From contig CAZYMS010000001.1 of the NCBI GenBank assembly GCA_964648985.1, positions 1,215 to 65,214 of the forward strand: a DNA stretch of 64,000 nt, in the 5' to 3' direction. This document shows, one piece after another, positions 20,009 through 29,571 of this stretch. The notes beneath the pieces were generated by a model. It did no database searches. It was not told the DNA's origin and worked only from the letters and a program-made list of their open reading frames with translations. Source of the DNA: an uncultured Candidatus Saccharibacteria bacterium. GTDB lineage: Bacteria; Patescibacteriota; Doudnabacteria; UBA920. Position 1 is the stretch's first letter, and each line of letters starts with the position of its first letter. A program made the position numbers and the translations under genes.

Positions 20009-22447
20009 CTAATTAAATAAATTACTAATTACTGCTCCATACAAATCCCACTCCCCCCATACATCATTTGGGCGTAAATCATACGGGGCACCAAACCCGA
20101 CAAAAGAGTTGTTCGATACTTTATTGCCAAGCCTATCCCGCTCAATTCCGGGATTATTAGCAAAACCGGGAAATGTATCAGCGGGAACTACTACTCGAGG
20201 ACTTGTCCAGCTTATGCCGTTTACAGACGTACTTGTCGCTAAGTTTGCACCGTCCGCGTGCTGTTGACCGATTATTAGCATCCGGAACAGATTACTAGAC
20301 TGGTCATATACCACATCTACTGAGTTCAAAAATTCTCCAGGGTATATCACATTCAGACGATGAACCTGCTTGTCCATCCAACTTACGGGGTCATTGGAAA
20401 TTCGCAAGCGCATACGGTCGGCCGAAGCAATATCTTCAGAATCGTCTGTGTACCACATGTACAACTGCCCTCCTTTTACTACCACGGTTTGTTGACCAGC
20501 GCCGTACCCAGCCTGAGAACGTCCAGGTATTGGCTCCAAGGCTACGGCGGGACGGAGAATAGTCTTTGGATTTTTCGCCCCCACGACCCACGCACCCTCC
20601 ACAGTGTAAATAGCGTAGTCACCATTTATAGTGCTGCTCCTAGCAACATTCACAATGGTTTGATTGCCACCATTTTCGTTTATATGCGCATTTGAGTAAT
20701 ACATGTAGTAATACCCGCCAAAATAGACAATATTCGGATCGCACGCAGCAAAGTTGCTTGTTAAGCCTTCTACGTTTGTAGGAGTGGCAGTCACCTTTAC
20801 AACTGGTGTACTCCAATTAACCCCGTCTGTAGAGGAAATGTAGCGAATAGAATCCCACCCATAGCCGCCATTCGGGCCTGGTTGTGAGCAAAAGAATACG
20901 TGGTATATACCATTTTCTTTTACTATAGCGGGTCCATATGCATGACCAAAATTACCCGCAGACGAATCGGCCATTTTAACATAGTTCGGAGTAACTACTG
21001 GAGTCGCACTACTTATATTTACACTCACTTCATTACTCCACGACCAATCAGTCTTGTTTCGTGGCCTGAACCGTGCTTTGTAAATTCCTGGAGAAGTTGA
21101 AGCATCAATGGGAACAATGACTTTGCCAGCATTGTCTAAGGTGTAAGAACCCCAGGCTCCTGTAGTGGTTTGACCACAGAGGACTTGGGAAGCACAAATT
21201 TTAAGTTGGTAGTCCAGCTGCCGCTGGTTTCCAGTGTAGGTGCCAGTACCGACGTTGGCAGACAGGGTATAGCTCTGACCATGGGTTACAGAAGTAGAGT
21301 CAGCATCATTTACTTTGATAGTTAATTGGGCAATAACAGGAGGAGCCTCGGTAGCTACCACGGTAACAACAAACTGATTGCTCCAGGAAGTTGTAGTTTG
21401 TCCTTTGGGACGAATGCGTGCTTTGTAGGTACCAGGAGCAAGCGTGCCAGGAGTTGATATGGTGGCCTTACCATCAGCGCCAAACCTTACCCCAATCCAG
21501 GGGTATACGGCAGGCTGGCTGCACCCGGGAGTACAGACTATAGATTCAACATCGACTTCTCCTTGGAACGGACTGCTGTTCCGAGTTGTAGAAAGTGTGT
21601 AGCTTTGTCCTTGCGTTACCTGCTGGGCAGAAGGAGTAACTGAAACAGCACCGGTCTCTACTGGAGGAGGATTGAGCTTTGGGAGTACCGTAATAATAAT
21701 CTCATTGCTCCAGGTGGCGGCGGTAGCGCCTGCAGGACGAACTTGAGCTTTGTAGGAACCAAGAGGAAGGGTTGCAGGAACAGGGATAGTGGCTGTACCT
21801 GCTTGATCAAACGTTACCCATGGAGCATAGACTGCAGACGGGTTGCAACGATCGGTGGGGCAGAAGGTAGACTTTACGTCTACGCTACCTTTGAAGGGCA
21901 GTTGACCTTGTATGGCTGAAAGGGTGTAGCTTTGGCCAGGAGTGACTTCTCTTGGACCCACTACAGAGAGCGTAAGAGGAGTAGTTTCTACAATACAACC
22001 TTGAGTAGTGTGCATAATTTGGACAGAGGCAAGTACAGATCGTGTCTCTACCGGAACCCTATTCCATGACTTGTTTTTGTACTGCCATTCGAAACTTGTA
22101 GTAATACCCACAAGAGAGTAGGTGGAACCATTGTTTGTACCAGTCACGGCTTTTTGGCCAGAACCTGCCCCCCGACCTATAATGCTGCCACCAGGATAGA
22201 TACCTTGATAGAGCTCGTACTTTGTTGTAGTGGAAATATTCCAAGATAGCGTAGTGGAACCAGTGACAGCACCAGGACAAACAGTAATAGGATTTGGAGC
22301 AGCTGAAAGGACAGAACCATTGGCCGAAGAAGATAAATTCTTGCCTTTTACATAGTACGCAGAAACAACCGCTGTAGTAATACCTACAACGGCAAGTAGA
22401 GAAAGGCCGAGCCAGTGCGCTCGGGCGAGTTTCCAGAGAGGATTCAT
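20009..22447 (-). CDS. Exported multidomain surface protein: signal/anchor, 3-4 Ig-like repeats, C-terminal 5-bladed beta-propeller glycoside-hydrolase-like domain (GH43/GH32-like)
   Basis: N-terminal hydrophobic segment. An approximately 90-aa module repeated with a (T/H)(Q/P)GQSYTLS ... YKA(Q/R)(V/I/F)RP ... WSN(E/Q) signature. C-terminal DPNIVYFGGYYYMYYS-type propeller motifs. Confidence 0.65.
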   Translation of the reverse strand: MNPLWKLARAHWLGLSLLAVVGITTAVVSAYYVKGKNLSSSANGSVLSAAPNPITVCPGAVTGSTTLSWNISTTTKYELYQGIYPGGSIIGRGAGSGQKAVTGTNNGSTYSLVGITTSFEWQYKNKSWNRVPVETRSVLASVQIMHTTQGCIVETTPLTLSVVGPREVTPGQSYTLSAIQGQLPFKGSVDVKSTFCPTDRCNPSAVYAPWVTFDQAGTATIPVPATLPLGSYKAQVRPAGATAATWSNEIIITVLPKLNPPPVETGAVSVTPSAQQVTQGQSYTLSTTRNSSPFQGEVDVESIVCTPGCSQPAVYPWIGVRFGADGKATISTPGTLAPGTYKARIRPKGQTTTSWSNQFVVTVVATEAPPVIAQLTIKVNDADSTSVTHGQSYTLSANVGTGTYTGNQRQLDYQLKICASQVLCGQTTTGAWGSYTLDNAGKVIVPIDASTSPGIYKARFRPRNKTDWSWSNEVSVNISSATPVVTPNYVKMADSSAGNFGHAYGPAIVKENGIYHVFFCSQPGPNGGYGWDSIRYISSTDGVNWSTPVVKVTATPTNVEGLTSNFAACDPNIVYFGGYYYMYYSNAHINENGGNQTIVNVARSSTINGDYAIYTVEGAWVVGAKNPKTILRPAVALEPIPGRSQAGYGAGQQTVVVKGGQLYMWYTDDSEDIASADRMRLRISNDPVSWMDKQVHRLNVIYPGEFLNSVDVVYDQSSNLFRMLIIGQQHADGANLATSTSVNGISWTSPRVVVPADTFPGFANNPGIERDRLGNKVSNNSFVGFGAPYDLRPNDVWGEWDLYGAVISNLFN

Positions 22448-22494
22448 TTGTATTTTTTGTTAGTTTCTAAGTAATTAACAGAACTCTTTTACGT

Positions 22495-22523
22495 ATTATA
22501 GCATGTATTTCATAAAGAATCAA
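22495..22523 (-). promoter_or_regulatory. Candidate sigma70-like promoter (TTGATT-N17-TATAAT) for the surface-protein gene
   Basis: Hexamers and spacing read on the minus strand about 50 bp upstream of the start. Confidence 0.35.
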
Positions 22524-22551
22524 ATAAAAATTCGGGCATAATAGCCCGAAT
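22524..22551 (-). terminator. Intrinsic terminator after the ABC permease gene
   Basis: 8-bp stem ATTCGGGC/GCCCGAAT followed (on the minus strand) by a U-run. Confidence 0.5.
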
Positions 22552-22566
22552 TAAACAGTATATATG

Positions 22567-23307
22567 CTATTCTTTTAACCTAAACCGCCAGACCGTAAGG
22601 GCAAGCATGAGTGCAAACCAAGCAAACAAAATAAGCAAAGGAATGGTAACTATATCTATTCTGAAAGGCTCTAAATATACGGAGCGTAAACCCTGCGCTA
22701 AGTAGGTAATAGGCAGTACTTTTGCCACCCACTGCAGCGCTGTTGGTAACACAGATACTGAGAAGAACATATTACCAAGCACAGTAAGGGGCAAACCTAT
22801 ACCAGCCGTAATAGGAGCTGCTGCCTGGTAACTACTTGCTACAGTGGAAATGAGCAAGCCAAGCATAAGAAATATACTTCCTCCGAGTATCGTAAAAACT
22901 AACATAGACAGTACATTCCAATAAAATGGAGTGTGAAAAACGAACACCCCAATACCTGTAAGGAGAGCTACTTGAATAAGCATAACCACAAGCCTTGAGC
23001 ACACTACCGCAAGAGCAAGCTCCCACTGGCGAAGCGGTGTTACTACAAAACGCTTTATGACCCCCTGGGCACGCATGTCTACCATCCAATATCCCAGACC
23101 GTATATGCCGCCCTGCATTATAACGTAGCTAATAATACCCGGTAGAACAAAGGCGGAATAATTAAAATCAAGCTTAAAGAAATTGCCGATTGGCAATAAC
23201 GACAACGCAACGTAAATAACAACTGGCAAAGCAACAGTCCAAAATAGGCCCCCAGTATCCCGAAATACAATTTTTAAATTAGCTTTGAGGAGTTCTATAA
23301 ATGACAT
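22567..23307 (-). CDS. ABC-2 type transporter permease
   Basis: Six predicted TM helices, downstream of the ABC ATPase. Start chosen at MSFIELLK to avoid overlap; the ORF track extends to 23412. Confidence 0.7.
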   Translation of the reverse strand: MSFIELLKANLKIVFRDTGGLFWTVALPVVIYVALSLLPIGNFFKLDFNYSAFVLPGIISYVIMQGGIYGLGYWMVDMRAQGVIKRFVVTPLRQWELALAVVCSRLVVMLIQVALLTGIGVFVFHTPFYWNVLSMLVFTILGGSIFLMLGLLISTVASSYQAAAPITAGIGLPLTVLGNMFFSVSVLPTALQWVAKVLPITYLAQGLRSVYLEPFRIDIVTIPLLILFAWFALMLALTVWRFRLKE

Positions 23308-23326
23308 AATGTAGTAGTATTCGAGA

Positions 23327-24274
23327 TTATTCTTCGTATTCCTTACCCGTAAGCTGTAGATACACGTCTTCAAGCGATGCAGTCCGAACCGTAAAACCAC
23401 TAAAACTAACATTATATTTTTTTAATGCCTCTACAACACTACCGATAGTGTCCAACGATGCAATCTCTAGTAAGACTTTTGGGTTTTGATTGTAGACCTT
23501 TGTAATTTGCTCTCCAAGGCCCGTCCAAATACCAGCAGGCAATTCCACTGTAGTTAGAAAACTAACTTGGGTGGTATGGGCGAGGTCATTAATAAGACGC
23601 TTTGGTTCGTCAATCTTTAAAATCTGCCCACGATCCATTATAGCCACGCGGTTACACAGAAATTCCGCCTCTTCCATGTAGTGCGTAGTCAGCACAACTG
23701 TGGTGCCGCGACTATTTATTTGTTTAATCAGGCTCCACATGTCGCGCCTGGCACGAGGATCGAGCCCTGTAGTTGGTTCATCGAGAAATATAATTTCTGG
23801 ATCATTGACCAAACTTGTGGCAATAGTAAACCGCTGTTTCTGCCCACCAGACAAATTTTTCACCCTCTCTTTTGCCTTCTCCTGAAGACCAACAAAACCC
23901 AAAAGCTGCATGGGATCCTTTTTAGTTCCATAAATAGAAGCAAATAAGGTAAGTAGTTCTACTAGCGTGAGCGCAGGCAAATACTCGCTGCTCTGGAGCT
24001 GCACCCCTATCCGCCTTTTAATGGCATGGCTGCTGTCTATATTATCCAAACCTAACACCACAACACTGCCCGAGGTTTGTTTTCGTATGCCTTCTATAAT
24101 CTCAAGTGTAGTGGTCTTACCAGCACCGTTTGGTCCCAAAATACCAAATACTTCTCCTGCATGCACCTCAAACGACACACCCCGCAGCGCCTGAAACAAT
24201 TTTTCTCCGGCTTCGTTCACACGAGATAATTCGTATTCTTTTTTAAGAGCCACGACCTGTATCACATCTTCCAT
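23327..24274 (-). CDS. ABC transporter ATP-binding protein
   Basis: Walker A GPNGAGKTTT, signature LSGGQKQR, Walker B IIFLDEPT. Confidence 0.85.
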   Translation of the reverse strand: MEDVIQVVALKKEYELSRVNEAGEKLFQALRGVSFEVHAGEVFGILGPNGAGKTTTLEIIEGIRKQTSGSVVVLGLDNIDSSHAIKRRIGVQLQSSEYLPALTLVELLTLFASIYGTKKDPMQLLGFVGLQEKAKERVKNLSGGQKQRFTIATSLVNDPEIIFLDEPTTGLDPRARRDMWSLIKQINSRGTTVVLTTHYMEEAEFLCNRVAIMDRGQILKIDEPKRLINDLAHTTQVSFLTTVELPAGIWTGLGEQITKVYNQNPKVLLEIASLDTIGSVVEALKKYNVSFSGFTVRTASLEDVYLQLTGKEYEE

Positions 24275-24385
24275 GCATATATGGTATCACGCATTAAAAA
24301 AGAGCAGAAGTACTCAATGTAAAATGCTACAATACAATAAATACAGGGAATTAAATACCTAGCGCACATAACCTTTAGCATTTGT

Positions 24386-25666
24386 ATGCCAACAACACCG
24401 TTTCCAAATGGTTTTTTCTGGGGGACTTCTACAGCCAGCCACCAAATAGAAGGCAACACCACAAACGACTGGTCAGAGTTTGAACAAGAACAGGCCGCTC
24501 GACTAGCCGCAGAGGCACCTCGGGCATTTGCGAAACGCTCCCCCATTTGGGAACAGATTAAGGCGGAGGCTACGGACCCGCAAAACTATATATCTGGCGT
24601 ATGTGATGACAGCTATAACAGATGGCCGGAAGATATAGCGCTTTTAAAATCCTTGGGGGTAAACTCCTACCGCTTCTCTATTGAATGGTCCCGCATAGAA
24701 CCTGAGTTTGGCCGCATAAACACAGAGGCGCTCGCGCATTACCAAGACATAATTAGCACGCTCAAGGCAAACAATATAGAGCCTTTTGTTACCATTCTAC
24801 ACCGAACCGTACCCGTATGGTTTAGGAATCAGGGTGGCTGGGCACAGGCAGAATCTGTTCGCACATTTACACTCTACGGCAAATTACTAGCAGATACCTT
24901 TGGTTCAAGTATTACCTATTGGACTATTTTAAACGAACCAGTACTAAACGTGGGTGGTGGATATGCTGCAGGGAATATCCCACCGAATAGAAAAAATATA
25001 GCTGCAGCGCTCGCTGCATACCGCAACATGATTCGTGCCCACAACGAAACATACGCGGCCATAAAACAGGTTAATAGTAGTGCGCAAATTGGCTGTGCCC
25101 ACGCAGCAGTATATGCAGAAGCAGAAGACGGGCATTGGTACAACAAGTTATTGGTGAATGCAATACATTACTTTGCTAATTGGAAATTTCTAAACGGCAT
25201 TCAAAACTATACGGACTTTATTGGAATACAATACTACACCCGTGGTGTTATAGGCTTCCGCAAAAGTAAGTATCTTATTCCGCTACCAGGAGAAATACGG
25301 CAGCCCGGACCCGCAAGCGATATGGGACAGGAAATCTATCCAGAGGGCCTGTACAAATATGTGAGCATGGTTTGGCAACGATACAAAAAGCCAATTATAA
25401 TAACTGAGAACGGTATAGCTGACAGAAACGATCAATATCGTGCACAGTATATTACGGACCACATAGGACAAGTGCAAAAACTTCTTGCGAGAGGAATTGA
25501 TATGCGAGGCTATTTTTACTGGTCACTTCTCGACAACTTTGAGTGGGACAAAGGTTTCTGGCCACGATTTGGCCTCGCTGAGGTAGACAGAAATACCCAG
25601 AACAGGGCATTTCGACCAAGCGCAAAAGCATACCAAAAAATCCTAAAATCAAAACTACCAGACTAA
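24386..25666 (+). CDS. Glycoside hydrolase family 1 beta-glucosidase
   Basis: Acid/base TILNEP and nucleophile IIITENGIAD motifs. Length and N-terminal FLWGTSTASHQIEG block typical of GH1. Confidence 0.85.
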   Translation: MPTTPFPNGFFWGTSTASHQIEGNTTNDWSEFEQEQAARLAAEAPRAFAKRSPIWEQIKAEATDPQNYISGVCDDSYNRWPEDIALLKSLGVNSYRFSIEWSRIEPEFGRINTEALAHYQDIISTLKANNIEPFVTILHRTVPVWFRNQGGWAQAESVRTFTLYGKLLADTFGSSITYWTILNEPVLNVGGGYAAGNIPPNRKNIAAALAAYRNMIRAHNETYAAIKQVNSSAQIGCAHAAVYAEAEDGHWYNKLLVNAIHYFANWKFLNGIQNYTDFIGIQYYTRGVIGFRKSKYLIPLPGEIRQPGPASDMGQEIYPEGLYKYVSMVWQRYKKPIIITENGIADRNDQYRAQYITDHIGQVQKLLARGIDMRGYFYWSLLDNFEWDKGFWPRFGLAEVDRNTQNRAFRPSAKAYQKILKSKLPD

Positions 25667-25695
25667 CGCCTGGTAGTTTATCTTTACTAGAACCC

Positions 25696-28386
25696 CTAGC
25701 GATAATACTCGGGAGGAATACAGAAGTTACTTGCCCAACCTGCAGAGTACTGCTTTGACAAAGCCTGATCATTGAACACCAAAGTATATATAGCGTATCC
25801 TGGTGCTTTTACCGTATAAGGAAGACCGGCAAATACAAACGTATTCAAGTTCACTGTTGTCTTTAAAGCAATATCGGGAAGCTGCTCGGTTTGGCCAGTC
25901 ATCGTGTTTACATACACACCTGTAACTTTATCCGTGGGCTTAAGTGCATATCCAGCTGGCGCATGCTCAATCTGTCCAACAGCCTGAATCTGGGTATATT
26001 GATTTTGCGTAGGACACAAAGGTATGCCATTTGACGGAATACTTAGGCTAAGCTTTGTTGTTTTAGCACATGGTCCTGGTTCTGGCAGAGTCCGCATTAT
26101 CTTAGTTACCCCACCGTGGATAAATGTGTATGTATTCTGAGTATTTCCAGCACCGAGCTGAATAGAGATAAGGCCGGAACGTATTGCCACTCCTTGGTAG
26201 TTTTCTGCGGTTGAGCTAAGCGTGCTTTCGCCAGCACCGCGGGCAGTATACTGGAATGTATCGGCTCCAGCTCCGCCACTGGCCGAACATATGTACATAA
26301 CTTCGGGTACGACTGGTTCGGCAACAGGGACCTGGTACGCACCGTTCTTGGCCGCGCCCACTAATTTTAGTTCACTAAATGCAAGGGCAGGAACAGTAGT
26401 AGCACCAGGGCTTAATATGGTCGGAGCACTAAAGTACACTCGAACGAAACGACCAAGACCAGATGTCTGCAACCCCACCCACGCACCTGGAGCGGATGCT
26501 GTGGAAGGAAAATGATGTTCACTAAAACCATCATAGTTATTTGAGTTAGCGTAATCATCGTACACACTGATACCATATCGGACATAGGTACCATTCCCTG
26601 TAAGCTGGGGTTTTAGACAAAGCTTGCTAATTTTGAACTGTTCACCTAAGTCCAAAGTTATCCAGTAACTTGAGGTATTATTTGGACCAGACCATACTGT
26701 ATTCTGGTCGCCATCAATCAACTTTTTCGCATTTGCTGTAGTGTCGCCAGCGACATTTGGAATAATGTTTAGTGGGCGTATATAACTATTGGAATCACAA
26801 GACGCATTCGGGTCGAGCGCTACCGGCTGCGGAGGGGTCGGAGCTGAAACAACCTTTACCGAACACTGCGCACTCTTTGCACCTGAATACACCACCACAG
26901 CAGCAGGATATTCATAGGGTGTTAGACCATCGCTGTAGGCAGCAAAGGAAGGGGTGATAAAAGGCGCAGATACATAATTAATTACTGGAAGAGCGTCCAT
27001 AGCAGTCCAACGGTAACTAGACTCTCCGTCACCGCCTAAGGCAGTAAACTTAATAGGTTTACCGGCTTCAACTGTTGGGCTTGCAGAAGCGCAAGATAAC
27101 GAAACTGGGGCAGGGGGGGCAGGATTCACTGCAGGACAAGTTGTAACCCTAAGCACAGATACACCAGTCGGAAGCAATTGACCATTCGCACGGAGCTCTA
27201 ACACGCCGACCTGAGAAAGATTTGTTTCAGCTGCATTGGCCTCAATAAGCTCGTTAAAGTTAAAGCACCAAGAATTAAAGACAGCAAGGGATGGTATGCC
27301 AATAAGTCCATTATCCCCAACCAAGTATACGGTACCGGCCTTGTTCACCAGCTGACCCACCCTCACCGGAGCAACTGGTGCTGGAGGAGCTGTGGCCGTA
27401 ACCACAATAGTACAATTTGCTTGAGTAGTATAATTATCTACTGTAACAGTCTTGTTGCCCGGCGTACTGTAAGTAACTACAAGACTATTTCCACTCCTTA
27501 TAGAAGAACTTGCTCCAATAGCAGACCACGTGTACGTAACGTTCGCTGTGCCAGTAGCGTTAGTGGTAACTGTAGCTGGCTGACCCACACCTACGCTCTG
27601 GGTTCCTGGAGTACAGGAAAGTGTAGCGGGTGCCGGATTCACTGCAGCAACGGTTACCTGACAAGTTGCAGTTTGATTTCCTGAAGCCACTGTCACAGTC
27701 TTACTACCTGCTGATGCGTAGGAAAGCACATAGCTTGCACCGCTGGCAGTAGCAGGAGTTGCTCCGGTTGAAGTCCAAGTATAGCCACCAACACCACCAA
27801 GGGCGGTAAAGGTAACTTGCTTACCGACCTCTGTGGTCTGTGGGTTAGGATTACAAGTGACCCGTGGGACTTCTAAAGGTGCTGGAGCTACAGGCGCACA
27901 GTCGGTCGCAGCATTTAAACTTATGGTAACAGTTGCGGTACCGTCTTTTATTTGTACTGGGGTTTTCACCTGTCTGTTCCCAGATTTTGTTGTCTGTATT
28001 CGAGTTGTAAACGTCTCTATCCTAAACGCATCACCAACTCTCGCAGCCTGAACTGTGTATTTACCAGAACCCGTTCCCTGTGTAAATGGTTCTGTATTAG
28101 CTCCTTTAAAGAGCTTATAGCCTTTATTTCTTCCGATATTCCAATAGAGGGTCGTTTCTGCTGTAGCGCCGTTGCATACAGAAATCGGATTTGGATCCGC
28201 GTAGATCATCTTAGCACTTGCGTCACTCGTATTTGCTGTTGGCTGACCAAAGGCCACCGGCCCCCCAATAGGGGCACCAATAACAACAGATGCGACAAGC
28301 GCAAGACTACCAATTGCAAGAGAGGCTACAACAGGGATACGATGTGAAACCACCCTGCTCACCCATGAGCGTGCATTTTCCGACAT
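25696..28386 (-). CDS. Large exported surface protein with Ig-like repeats and a discoidin (F5/8 type C)-like domain
   Basis: N-terminal TM/signal. N-terminal module paralogous to that of the 20009-22447 protein (PNPI(T/S)VC.GA...TTL.WNI). DGDQNTVW...YWITLDLGEQFKIS discoidin-like block. Confidence 0.6.
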   Translation of the reverse strand: MSENARSWVSRVVSHRIPVVASLAIGSLALVASVVIGAPIGGPVAFGQPTANTSDASAKMIYADPNPISVCNGATAETTLYWNIGRNKGYKLFKGANTEPFTQGTGSGKYTVQAARVGDAFRIETFTTRIQTTKSGNRQVKTPVQIKDGTATVTISLNAATDCAPVAPAPLEVPRVTCNPNPQTTEVGKQVTFTALGGVGGYTWTSTGATPATASGASYVLSYASAGSKTVTVASGNQTATCQVTVAAVNPAPATLSCTPGTQSVGVGQPATVTTNATGTANVTYTWSAIGASSSIRSGNSLVVTYSTPGNKTVTVDNYTTQANCTIVVTATAPPAPVAPVRVGQLVNKAGTVYLVGDNGLIGIPSLAVFNSWCFNFNELIEANAAETNLSQVGVLELRANGQLLPTGVSVLRVTTCPAVNPAPPAPVSLSCASASPTVEAGKPIKFTALGGDGESSYRWTAMDALPVINYVSAPFITPSFAAYSDGLTPYEYPAAVVVYSGAKSAQCSVKVVSAPTPPQPVALDPNASCDSNSYIRPLNIIPNVAGDTTANAKKLIDGDQNTVWSGPNNTSSYWITLDLGEQFKISKLCLKPQLTGNGTYVRYGISVYDDYANSNNYDGFSEHHFPSTASAPGAWVGLQTSGLGRFVRVYFSAPTILSPGATTVPALAFSELKLVGAAKNGAYQVPVAEPVVPEVMYICSASGGAGADTFQYTARGAGESTLSSTAENYQGVAIRSGLISIQLGAGNTQNTYTFIHGGVTKIMRTLPEPGPCAKTTKLSLSIPSNGIPLCPTQNQYTQIQAVGQIEHAPAGYALKPTDKVTGVYVNTMTGQTEQLPDIALKTTVNLNTFVFAGLPYTVKAPGYAIYTLVFNDQALSKQYSAGWASNFCIPPEYYR

Positions 28387-28501
28387 ATTTATTTTTTATT
28401 TAGTTTATTTTTTGTTTCAGTTCCCTATTTTGGGGAATTTGTAACTTTGTAGAACCATTATATCACAATAATCGTCTTACTGCAAGACATACTCATCGCT
28501 T

Positions 28502-28530
28502 TTGACAGAAACATGCTCGATCAATACAAT
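28502..28530 (+). promoter_or_regulatory. Near-consensus sigma70 promoter TTGACA-N17-TACAAT
   Basis: Exact hexamers and 17-nt spacer read from the sequence. Drives an approximately 130-nt leader ending in an intrinsic terminator, upstream of the DUF62-like gene. Confidence 0.45.
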
Positions 28531-28639
28531 ATTATTAATGCACCCACAAACATATTCAGAAATTGCTGCCACTGCGATAGATATGTCCCGCCCTCCACGG
28601 TAAGGCTTTTTGTATGGATGCGACATTTTAGCCCATTGT

Positions 28640-28669
28640 AGCCTTCGCCGTTGCGAAGGCTGTTTTTTT
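28640..28669 (+). terminator. Intrinsic terminator (9-bp stem AGCCTTCGC/GCGAAGGCT, T7) at the end of a transcribed leader
   Basis: Perfect stem, 4-nt loop and T7 run, 37 nt before the start codon at 28707. Confidence 0.6.
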
Positions 28670-28706
28670 CTCTCATTACTTATTTCTAACTACTAATAAC
28701 TATACT

Positions 28707-29519
28707 ATGCTCCCAACATTCTATATTTCTGACTGCTTTGACGATAACGTGCGCGGCCGGTACGCAGCGCGCATAGCCACTACAGTACCACAAGCAGGAC
28801 CAGTGCAATTTATTGGTGCCCAAAACGACTTAGAAGCTGCGGGCAACCTGGTTGATGTGCTCGACGGACTTGAAGGCGCTGAGTCTATTATATTTGTAAA
28901 TGTTGCACCGCGCGGTACAGTCAAAACCATTTGGCCAAACGGTACCCCCTTTGGGTATACAAAGTTCAATAATGCTCACATATTCACTACAGTAGATGGG
29001 TATACGTTGAGCTTACTTAAAAAAATTTCGAAGCAACCAATTACAGTAGCCGTATACGACATCCCCACGGTAGTAAGCTCGCTCACTCCGGATATTGCTT
29101 TACAAAAACACATAGTTAACAGCCAGTTTAGAAGTTTTGACTTCCTTCCACGTATAGCAGGACATGTACTCAACGGCAACACAGTGCCCTCCACGGAATT
29201 CACAGCCATACCGAATGCACCCGCGGCAGTGTGGTGGACCGACAACTTTGGCAATGCAAAACTTACTCTAACAGCAGAAGAAGCACACTGTACCATAGGG
29301 CAAACTGTTCGAGTAAGAATTGGCAATGCAGACCACTCTCTCATCTACTATAATAGATTAAAAGATTTGCCTCATGGCGAGCTTGGTATATACACAGGTA
29401 GCTCCGGGTTTGGGAACTTGCGGTTCCTAGAAATTACCAAACAAAAAGGTGAATCACTCAGCATAGACACCAGCAAGCCTTTAGGAATTATTTCGGGTAA
29501 TCTTATAACATTCATATAA
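28707..29519 (+). CDS. DUF62-like protein (SAM hydroxide adenosyltransferase / halogenase-fold family), divergent
   Basis: The pattern I.SD....D...G......a......v....g resembles the DUF62 N-terminus. C-terminal D.FGN.kltl...G..v.v.ig...f.....Ge.l.Y..S.G.l.l resembles DUF62 C-terminal domain blocks. The canonical N-terminal DITH-type residues are not conserved. Confidence 0.5.
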   Translation: MLPTFYISDCFDDNVRGRYAARIATTVPQAGPVQFIGAQNDLEAAGNLVDVLDGLEGAESIIFVNVAPRGTVKTIWPNGTPFGYTKFNNAHIFTTVDGYTLSLLKKISKQPITVAVYDIPTVVSSLTPDIALQKHIVNSQFRSFDFLPRIAGHVLNGNTVPSTEFTAIPNAPAAVWWTDNFGNAKLTLTAEEAHCTIGQTVRVRIGNADHSLIYYNRLKDLPHGELGIYTGSSGFGNLRFLEITKQKGESLSIDTSKPLGIISGNLITFI

Positions 29520-29571
29520 ATACCACCTACGTCCACTATGCTTGTAGTGGGCGTTTTGGTATGCTACGAAT

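Noticed and set aside
23308-23412. Extended N-terminus of the ABC-2 permease overlapping the ABC ATPase gene
   Set aside because: Would overlap the upstream gene by 85 nt. The internal Met (MSFIELLK) gives a normal 20-nt spacer.
28538-28669. Assignment of the leader to a specific riboswitch class (SAM-II/V, fluoride)
   Set aside because: I could not recognise any class consensus by eye. It is reported only as a promoter-leader-terminator architecture.
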